Positions 53,778 to 64,000 of a stretch of 64,000 nt of DNA are shown here, in pieces; position 1 is the stretch's first letter, and every line of letters begins with the position of its first letter. The stretch spans positions 1 to 64,000 of the forward strand of contig CT868540.1 of the NCBI GenBank assembly GCA_000165425.1, read 5' to 3'. The stretch is from Paramecium tetraurelia (taxonomy: Eukaryota). The translations under genes and the position numbers were made by a program. The notes under the pieces were generated by a model. The model did not search any database. It was not told the DNA's origin and worked only from the letters and a program-made list of their open reading frames with translations.

Positions 53778-55264
53778 TTATTCTAAGTTTGCTATTATAT
53801 TGGATATCTTTATAAATTAATATTAGTAGATATTTTATATCACGATAACTATATAATATTCATAGACCCTAAAAGATTACCTAATTTTTCTGCTCTGACT
53901 TTGATAAAGTTTTGATTTTAAATTAATTAGGCAAATAACAAGGCCACTCAGCTTTTGCCATAGACAATTCCTAATAATTTTCAATTGAATACATAAAGAA
54001 TTGGAAGGATTCTGACAAAGTCTTTTTATTAAGAATTGATGCTTTATAGGGAAATTAGAGTACGGGCTCAGATTAGAAACTTTTAAATCCTAAAATAAAA
54101 TTTGATATTAGTGTAATCAAATAATCTTTTATGGAAATATTATGTTTGAAAGATTTTAAGCAAAATTTTTTCATACGAACCAAGGGCATTGGAAGATGAC
54201 TTGTTTTTTACAAAACACATATAACCTAATAACTTTAGATTCCTAACCCCTATTGGGTTATTTTTTCTATAAAAAAATTCCTTATTCCAAATTTATTTTC
54301 TCCTACATTATTATTAAAATCAGCATAGGAAATATTTATAGATAATGAAATTAAAAATAAAACTCTGCAATAAAGTAAATAAAAGATGATTTTTGATAAA
54401 TTTACTCATTCAAATTATCATTCTATTAAATAAAAGTTGCTTTTCTAAAACTACCCTCTCCTAATTTGAGGAAGATTACAATTTCAATTTCATTTTTGTA
54501 AGTTTAAATTCAATTTAATGATAAATACAATAAGTATATATTCTGTTAATAACAATTTAACGATAATTTTAATAAATATCAATTGAAGCTTTCTAAATTT
54601 ACGATCTAAGTTCTTGTAATGCCAATTTTAGTATATAATGCCTATTTAACAAGAAATCTTAAATGAATTACTCTTATTAATAAATTAAAAACTAAGTAGT
54701 ATAAAGAAAATGTCATTAAATAATCTAAGCTGGGAAAAATTAGAAAATCCATCAAAAGCAAAATTAAAAGAGTTTTATTTAAATAAATATAGAATTAAAT
54801 TAGGTTTATTTACAAATCATAAAGAATAATTACCAAAATCAGTACCAATATATAATAGCTATTTAGAAACCTAAACAAAGGAATATTTCAATAAAAGAAT
54901 TAGATCATTTGGTTAAACCAGAAATAGTAAAAGCTAGAATGATTACAGATAATTATAAGGTACTCACAGCTTAATTAATAAATAAAATTACATAAAAATA
55001 ATAAGAATAAGAAAATTTTTGTATATTTCCATAAATAAAATAAAAAAAAACAAAAAAAAGATCAAAAACTGAACAACATTAAAATAATTAATATAATAAA
55101 TAGCAAAAAGCTCTTGCAAGGACTGCTTATTTGATTGTATAATGATATAGCTAGATTTTGGCTTGTATTTTTCCTAAAAATATTTTTTGTAAGATCTCTT
55201 CGCCTGATTGTTAATAATATCTAAAATAAACAATTGATAGATTCAATATTTGATATTCACCTAA

Positions 55265-56834
55265 TCATAATATATTTACTATCATTTTTGAGTAACTTGT
55301 TTCATGCAATTGATACTTTATTCAATTAATTTAACCATTGCGATAATATCATCAAGTAATTCATTTCTATACATTGCTTCAATTTTTAGTTTAGGTCCGC
55401 ATTTAAAACATTCTTTATTATATCCTTTTTTGCATTCAAAACAATAGGAATGTCCGCAAGGAATAATTGTAACTGGTTGTTTTATGAACTTATTACAAAA
55501 TGTACAGGATAAATTTTTCTAAATATCTTTCTAATGAAATATTTATAATATTATTACATCTGTTTTTTCTAATTGTAAAATTGTATCTGTAATTTATTTA
55601 GTATTTTTTGGTTTGGATAGCTGATCCTTCAAAGATTAAACTTACTTATTCAAATTATTAATTTCAAATTAATTATTTTCGTTCTATTAATCCAACAATT
55701 ATTTTTGATTTCTTAATTATTCCATTTGCTATATTTTTTCTTATAACAATTACTATAATTCTTGTTGTTTTTGCCCTAGTTTTTCCAATTAGCCATTTAA
55801 TTCTATTGAATTTTTGGATTGATCTTCAATTTTTTATCTCAATTAACCAATATCTTTCTATATAGAATAAGATTCATACTTCTTTGATTTTTTATAATTC
55901 TGAAAGTTATAATTTTAAACTTAACATTTACTCGTTTAATTTGCTATTTTAATCATATTAGTCTTTAGATATCTTCAAATTTTCCAAAATTATAATCTTT
56001 TCCTACTCTAATTGTTTTATCTGTAGCATTTAACCGTTGAAATCTCTTTATTCAAATTCTGCTATTTTATTTGTCTATCAGTTTTAATAGATTCATATTA
56101 TTTCTTTATATTATTTTTTTCATTAACTTCCTTCTCGATATTTTTTTAAATATCATTAATTTAATGTTCCATTTTACTTTACAAATCCTTATTATTTAAC
56201 AATAATTTATTACTTCAGCTTTATACAGTTAATCTTTTAATCTTTTAAATTCTTCATTACTTTCTTCTTTACTCTTTAATTATTCAGCAAATTAGGTTAT
56301 TTATAAATTTAATGATTCTATCTATTTTAATAACTCCTATTCTTTGGTCTAAGTTTATTTAATGCTATTTTATAAAGCATTAATTTTCTCTCGATCTTTT
56401 TCAGCTTATAAATTTTATTTAGATGAATCCACTGCCTACATTATTCTTAATTAAATTGCTTAATAACTCGCTTATAATTCTTATAATTATTTGGATTTCT
56501 CTTCATTTTAGATTTTTTCTTTAACTAACTCTTATTTCATTGATTCAAAACCTTTCTCAATTGAGATAATCATATCATTTCTCTATTCAATATCTTTCTT
56601 ATGCATTTCTAGCTTTGTATCAATTTACTTTAATAACTATGATTCCGAGACAGGAATTTATTACTACTTTTTATTTAAAGAGTCTGAAACACCATTATTA
56701 CAACTCATTATATATGTATTGCTTCCAAATTTCAACTTTCTCTAAATAAGGTGCAATCTTCCAGGATATGAATCTTCTTCATGAAGAGAAGGTCTATTGT
56801 TAATTTTTGGCAAAGGTTTTATTGTACTTTTCAT
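55265..56834 (-). CDS. Coiled-coil protein with C-terminal RING finger
   Basis: CTFCNKFIKQPVTIIPCGHSYCFECKKGYNKECFKC (C3HC4) after a long E/Q/K coil. Confidence 0.85.
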
Positions 56835-57760
56835 ATGAATAAATTTAATTATAAAATTATATCAAACTACATAAAAGAATGTACTTTATAAATGAATTGA
56901 AAAGCAGAAATATGAATAAATTGAAAATATACTCAAAATTATAATTTAAAAGGAAGTTGTTTTAAATTGAAAGTAAATTAGCATTTAATACTTCTTCTTA
57001 ATCGATATTCTGTTAAATCCTATAAATATCTAAATATTTCATTGTCCTTGATTGCATGACTATAAATTAAGGTTTAACTAAAGTTTTCAAAAGTTGGGAT
57101 GAGTATTATTATGAATTATTTCCATTTTTGCGAAACTGCTAAGAATATTAGTAGGAAAAATAGAAATATCTCATGAACATATAGACAATACCAAAAGTAG
57201 TATTAGCAATATTTATTTAATGGATAAAGTTTATTTACTTTTTCAAAATACCAGACATCTTATTCTTCCCTGCAATTCCACCATACTATCCCAATTAACT
57301 TCTTTCCTGTATAATTTTTTACAACCCAGAAATTAAGTGAAGTTAAGATAATTATCATTAGCATTAATTGTTCAAAAAAGAAGTTTTTCAATTCTAAAAT
57401 AAATAAAGCAACTATTATAATTTTGAAAAGTATATGAATTACAATAGCAACATAATCTACAGTTTTAGTTAAATCAATTTTACCATTCGATAGTAATTCT
57501 GGAAATAGAAATCTAATATTTTTTCTATTTTTACGTAACAGGATTGAAATATGAGAAGGAAGTACGAACCATATTGTTAATTACAATTTCTTCCTAATTG
57601 TTAGGTTAATGTTCTTCCTTATGATAAATTTTAGATATCATAATATATATAATTAATTATTTAAACTGTTAGAACTATTATTTATTTGTATATATATATT
57701 ACTTAAACTGCGATTGATCATTATCACTAAGATACTTTAGATAAATTAAAAATAAATAGT

Positions 57761-58455
57761 ATGTTTAGAATTTACTTAAATAAGCATACAAATATTTATT
57801 TTTTTAATTTTTAAAAGTCTTTAATATGAGATAAGAATAATTGGAATAGCTATTAAATATGAAATAGTACTAAGTCAATTAAAATAACGATCCAAACTTT
57901 GACCTATTACCTATATAGCCTACATATAAATAAGAATTGGACAAGGAAGTACAAAAATTAGAATAATAATCTCTTTTCGCTGATTCAATCGATGTTGATA
58001 TTCCATGCTTAAAAAAAAACCGAGAAGAAAAAAGACTTAGAAAAATGGCTAAAATGTCTTAATTAACTGAAGGATGGTTTGGAATGAAATCTCAAGACCA
58101 AGATGAAACCATGAAATAAGAGTTTTTGATTTTGAAATTAAAGAAATACTTAGACCCAAAATAGCCAGTTAAATCAAGTGATTTTAAAACAATGCCTAAG
58201 TATTATTAGGTTGGAACCTATATTGATGGAATGGGTACTAATTATTTTAATTAAATAGATAATTATAATATTAAAAAAAAGAAGAAAAATTAGAGTGACT
58301 TGATTGACCAATTTTTAGAATAAGATTAAGAGAAATAAACCACAAAAAATTCATTTTAGAAAATTTAATAAAGGTAATAACGAATTAGTAAAGTCAATTC
58401 AAAATTAAGAAAGTTGAAAAGAATGGCAAAATCTTTAGGAAGAAAAAATAAATGA
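57761..58455 (+). CDS. FCF2: Pre-rRNA processing protein Fcf2/DNTTIP2-like
   Basis: GWFGMK...LILKLKKYLDPK...MPKYYQVGTYID, Lys-rich C-terminus. Confidence 0.82.
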
Positions 58456-58661
58456 TAATTTAATATTGTTCTGTTGATATCTTATTTAATTTTAAGTAGA
58501 ATTACTATTTTGTCTAATCCAAAAAAGTAGTAGAAACTTCATGTCTTCTAAATAAATTATTTAATTAAATGATTATTTGTAATTAAATGATTTGGATTGA
58601 TAAAGATTATTAATTATTTGATTTCGATTGATAAAATGAATATTAATTATTAAATAATAGA

Positions 58662-60480
58662 ATGACAGAAGAATTAAATTCAAGTCTTGACTCTTTAGAA
58701 TTAGAAATCTATCATCGACCTAATCCTAAGATATAATCTATTCTTAATTACTTAAGAAAAATCGATTTAAAATTTTGCACTAATCCTAAAAAAAAATAAG
58801 AAGAATACACATAGAGAAATACTGAAACTTCTAAAGAAGGATTTTCGTTGCAAAATAATAAGTTTTTTAATCGAAAATAAACAAATAAAAATATTGACTG
58901 TGCCGTTCTTTGAAAATCATTTTGATTATCTATTTTGTTTATCTCAATCTATAAATATATATCATTATCTACCCTCTATTTCTTAGAATTAAAAAATAGT
59001 ATATTCTAAACAACTATTTAACAACCTACGATTTAAAAATCCTCTTTCTTATTCTCTTAATATGTCATTATTCATCAACAATGTTTTATTGTAGAAGACT
59101 TGCAATTAAAAATCTCAAAAAATGAGGAGTTAATAATGAAAAATTTCAAAATGGAACTTTTTCCAATTATTTTTTATTATCAATAAAAAAGTTTATAATA
59201 TTATTGAACAGTTTATAAAGAATATCATCAGTTAATAATACTTTCTAAAATAATCAATTTTAATAGGTGATAAGTTATAATAACTCTGTTTTGGAATTTA
59301 TTTAAAATAAAAAAATAATTTTATTGTTCTAAATCAATTTATTTGATATCCATATAAAAAATCATTTAAAATCAAAGAATCTAATTTTTTATATAGATGT
59401 ATGTATTAATTTTGCTTGTTTCAGTTTTGCAGATTTTTTTAGGAATAAGGGTAAAAATTGACTTTTGACATCACAATATTTAACATTAATTTTTCATCAA
59501 TTAAGAGAAATTTCAGAAAATTTCATTCTCATTAATTATTAAAAATTAGTAAAATTGTATAATAGATAAATTACTCCATTTGACAATGGTTAAGCATTTC
59601 TAAATATTGTTGACCTCACATTTACATTAATGTGTAACAATTTTTATATTGGAATATTTTAAAATTCTCATTTACAATTCATGTTTCTTTGCTGGATATT
59701 AGATAGTTGGATAATTGAATTTTCAACTTAACTTCTTTCAATTTATTTCTTTAAAGTAAATGTACCTAACATTGAAAAATCCACAAAAGCTACCCTTAAG
59801 ATTCTAGATATATTTTCTATTTTATTGGTTAGATTAAAAATATATTAAATAATTATAATATTTTAGTTTTATAAAAGTAAAAAAAAAATGAAATAATTAA
59901 ATGTAATATTAATTATGCATTTTTAATTTTTTAATGGAAAGATTCCATAAAGAGATTCATACATTGCACCATTAAATGACCCAATACTTTTTTTTAGTAT
60001 GCAGTTTCCTTAAAATTTTAGAGTTATATCTCCAAATTAAAAAACTCCCAATTTAACCATCATATAACCCTATATTGTTTTGCTTCAATATCTTATGTAT
60101 AATATTTTCTCAGTCATTTAGATGAATTTTTAAAGATCATGGTTTCTTTCTAATTAAAACTCAGATTTTAACATTGAATTATCATCCTAGATTGCTTTAA
60201 GAATGCATCAATTAAAATTGATAGAAGAAATAAAATTGTGGAAACGATTTTGCAATTCATGAAGTTGGCAACATGGGATTTCTAAATGATGTAGGATTTT
60301 GGATTAATTATTGTAAATTTTGGAATTACCACACTGCAAAATGTTATTCTTAATATTTACTATTTCATAGGCTTTATAATATTGGTTCAACCAATAACTT
60401 CAAAGAATGAATATTGCCCAAAGACCTTAACACTCATGAAATTATTATTAATAACTTTAATATATGTTTTACAATAACAA
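58662..60480 (+). pseudogene. Probable degenerate gene
   Basis: Frame from ATG 58662 hits two TGA (~58911 and ~58923) inside a hydrophobic segment with no suitable short intron, then stays protein-like; 3' end uncertain. Confidence 0.35.
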
Positions 60481-60563
60481 AAGGTTATAATGATAATTAC
60501 AATCGAAAATGAGAGGTAGTTTATGAATTAATTTGGTGGATTTGTATTGTTTTAATTTAATTA

Positions 60564-63000
60564 ATGAGAAATTAAGGAGTTTAAACTATAGAGACAGGAG
60601 CTTATAATCATTTTTTGTTACCTCCTATAACTGAACTTTTAAAATCAGGAAAATCTTAAATAATCTTATGTAAGAACTTATAATAAAAATTCAAATTAAG
60701 ATCAATTGATTCTAAACCAACAATTTCATTTAAATAGGAGTAAATAAAGGAAAATAGGAAAAATAAAGAGTTAGTTTTACATCAACTACATCTACCCTTA
60801 ATAAAGCCTGAATTGCAAATTGCCAAATCGAAAATAAAAGAATAAATTTTTTCAACAAATAGACTTATTGATAATATTTAACTAATCAGTTGTGTATCAA
60901 GAGCAAGGAATCTATCTTACAATGATTAAATTAATAATACAGAGAGATTACACTAATTTTCGATTCGAGGAACGCAAAGTTAAATCTAAAGTAGAATACT
61001 TGCTTGATAATATGTTTCAATTATAATTAAATATAAATTGGATATTATGAATTTTAAAGAATAAACTGGAATGTAATTATATTATGATTCGACAATAAGC
61101 CATAATAGACATCATAGTTATATTGATTTTAACTAAAACAATTCCAAATTCAATTCATTTATTAGTTTGAAATCTCCCACACATAGAAAACATCAGATTG
61201 TAACGGATTAGAGAAAAAATATTAAGTTCAAGAAGTTAAATTCATAGAATGATGGAAAATTTCTCTCGAAATTATGATTTAATACAATAATCAGGAACTC
61301 ACTCCTTAATTGTCACCAGTAGGAAGTTTCACAGAAATAAAAAAACAGATAGATAAAAGACATGATGGTTCTTTGACTTTACAAGAGTTGAAATCTAATT
61401 AAACAAACGTAATTTAGATATACTACGGTAGAAATTAAGTTGATTGTAACAAGATTCAGGTTTAATTATTTCTATGTGAGAATATATGATAGAGAAAGTC
61501 CGTTGCAAGCTTATGTAAGAGGTGAAAATTCGAAATTACAGACATTTAAGATGAACATTTCAACAGTAGCCCAATTTCCTACTAGTTTTAACTGTGAACT
61601 AAGCAATATAATCGAAATACTTTAAATTTGCAGATCAACAACAGAGGGATACATTCTCTATGAAGAATTTATACATTTCAATTTATTCAGAAGAGGATTG
61701 TCTTATAACAATCAACTTTCTTTTTGGTCATTACTTTAAGAAGAAAATAAAAATGATAAAGGATGAATTCGATTCAGAGAAATCTAAGCAAAGTATTTAG
61801 AATATACTATGTTTCATAGAATTATATTTGTTTTATAGTCCAAGATTAGATCCAAGTCAGATAGATAAGATAACTAATAATGTAAATGCTAAACAATATT
61901 AAGAGAATTGTAATATTATATTTTGATTAAAGAGATTGACTAAAAGATAAAGATAAGTTAAAAGCTGTTAAATAAAGAATTTTGTAAGCAGTTGAAAGAA
62001 AAAAAGAAATTTAAGAGGATAAAAGAATGAATATCATAAGAAAATTAAAAGCAAATGAATCTTTGAAAGAAATTAGAAATGTATAGAAATAAATCGAAAT
62101 TTAATAAAAATTGAAATTTAGAAATCAAATTTCTTGGATTGGATTCATCAAAATAGCAATATATGCAACTAGAATGAAAGAAAAGATGGATGTAAATTTT
62201 TTCATATTATATAAGCAAATGAAATGACATAATAAATATTTAGCAAAAGGAAGATTGATAGTTTGGTAATATAAGACTATAACAATGATAAAAATTAAAG
62301 GAATGGAGCAACTGTTGAAGAGATAAGCCGATTCAAAATTTGTTTATCAATTAGAATATTTATATAACAACTAAAACAGTTCTCAAAAGCAAGGGCTATT
62401 AAGGTTGTTTTATAATTTTTACATGCTACTCATTTATACACTTGATGTTTATAAAAACATCATTATTTTGTTGAAAAAGTTAACTATGTTAAGCGTGTGT
62501 TTAAGAACCTAAAATTGAAACACAAAGCCTATAGAGATAGAATATGGAGGCTTTTGAATAAGAATGGTTAAACTATTATTCTTGAATTGATTAATAAACA
62601 TAGTCAAATAAAAAAGAGACAATATCATACTGATAAGTATCAAATTATTATTTAAATGTTGATAGCATTTTATTATTATAGATAATGGATGATTTCATTA
62701 AATAAAAGAAATAAAAATGTTCACAATATGCTCAAAATTATATTCAAGAAAAAAATAAGAAGAAAAAAGTACTTGACTTCACTTTAAGTCTGATGCAAAT
62801 ATTTAGTGCTCCAACTAACGAAGATTTAATAGAAATATATAAAATATATGCAATCTAAAAAATATCGTAAATTAATGATTCAATCAATTGAAATTATCAA
62901 AATGCATTTTCTCTTTAGAAAGCATATAAAAATTATTATGTATAAATTAATTAAATTATGGATGGCTATTATGCTTACGAAAGTGAAAGAAATCAGATTG
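60564..63000 (+). pseudogene. Probable pseudogene of a large hypothetical protein
   Basis: Protein-like frames interrupted by TGA at 61764, 62225 and 62443 and an apparent 1-nt frameshift near 62300. Confidence 0.55.
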
Positions 63001-63029
63001 ACTATATTTGGAATAATGTATGTAATAAT

Positions 63030-63359
63030 TCAATGTTTTTATTGTTACTTTCTCATGGCTCTATAGAGGTTTTAGACGAGTTCGATCTTTCTTTTTCCTC
63101 TTCTATTTGTACCCAATCTCTTAGCTGCTAATTTTCCTGCCTTCTTTAAATCTTTTGGTTGATTTGTTTTGAACAATTCAATAATTCTCTTTTCATATGG
63201 GCTCAAACCTGCTACTTCTTAGATGATCTTTCTCACTTGTAAGACTCTCTTACCCAAAGTTCCCTTTCTTTAAGAAGGTCTTCTTCTTAATTATTTCTTT
63301 GTTAATGATGATGTAATAAATCCTCTATTTAAACCAACTGCAATTCCTGTTCTTCCCAT
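63030..63359 (-). CDS. RPL36: 60S ribosomal protein L36 (eL36)
   Basis: [10 protein letters not shown]...[22 protein letters not shown]...[12 protein letters not shown]; intronless. Confidence 0.96.
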
Positions 63360-64000
63360 TATTTTAAAAATGATATTTTTATTTTTAAATAATAATCACA
63401 CAATAACATCTTTATTTCGCTAACTAACAAATACTTTGATTTCCGATTTCGATGTTTTTATGATCTACTCTAAGTTATTATATTGTAAGTAATTTGAACA
63501 TTCTCGATATCTATACAATTTTAATCAAAATGCCCAAAATAATACTCATTTTTTATTGTAAGATTCATAAATACGCTTTATCTAACTATTATTGTTGATG
63601 AGAATTCTACTACTTTCTCAGCAGATTCTCATTTCATATTCATTAATATTGGAAACCTTATAAGCGAATCCAAATTATAATATATTTAATCTATTTAATC
63701 TATTTTAATACATGCAACGGTAAATTTTAAGGATAGACATTAAATAAAATTAATGCTCACTTAACATTAGTAGATTCTGATAGAATTGAGGATTTTAAGC
63801 TAAAATATAAATTAATATCTCATTTGCTTTGAGCTTGCAAAAAAAAATAATCTAAAGTTATAATCTTAATTGATTTCAAATATAATCATTTAATCCATTT
63901 TGTTAATATTTTCCTTATAATAATCATTGAGAAGATTTACAATATGTTTTATCAATAATTCTTAATCACCAAAGCCTTTGCTTATATATCATTGATTAAC

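Noticed and set aside
9391..63359. Apparent cluster of RNA/chromatin genes (THG1, ASF1, NOP56, LSM2, Piwi, FCF2, RPL36) as one system
   Set aside because: Scattered over 54 kb among unrelated genes on both strands; expected by chance at this gene density
1..64000. Genome-wide TGA=Trp reassignment; transposons, CRISPR arrays, telomeric repeats, IESs
   Set aside because: Conserved genes use TGG for Trp and end at TGA; no transposase, repeat-spacer array or telomeric tract seen; IESs cannot be called without a germline/soma comparison

Overview
AT-rich, gene-dense eukaryotic DNA from a ciliate, almost certainly a Paramecium macronuclear assembly. TAA/TAG fall at conserved Gln positions (translation table 6), genes end in TGA, and coding regions are split by tiny (~20-30 nt) GT..AG introns, so the supplied standard-code ORF track is mostly fragments and artefacts. 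Re-reading with code 6 gives about 35 tightly packed genes. Recognisable ones are copine, a 2-oxoglutarate/malate-type mitochondrial carrier, a CNBD K+ channel, Thg1, two CTD/NIF phosphatases, an AGC kinase, an AHSA1-domain protein, Asf1, a Rab11-type GTPase, Nop56, a CFAP96-like protein, LSm2, a Piwi protein with an intact DEDH tetrad, ankyrin and RING proteins, Fcf2 and RPL36. The best hidden feature is a dual-guide box C/D snoRNA at ~27.73-27.80 kb with two recognisable SSU rRNA antisense elements. Also notable are a ~1700-aa orphan polytopic membrane protein, a Cys-rich/pseudokinase/MORN fusion, and probable decaying pseudogenes near the right end. There is a 150-N assembly gap at 52950-53099. 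All gene boundaries were read by eye and span introns; boundaries of hypothetical genes are approximate. I did not find evidence of a coherent multi-gene novel system.
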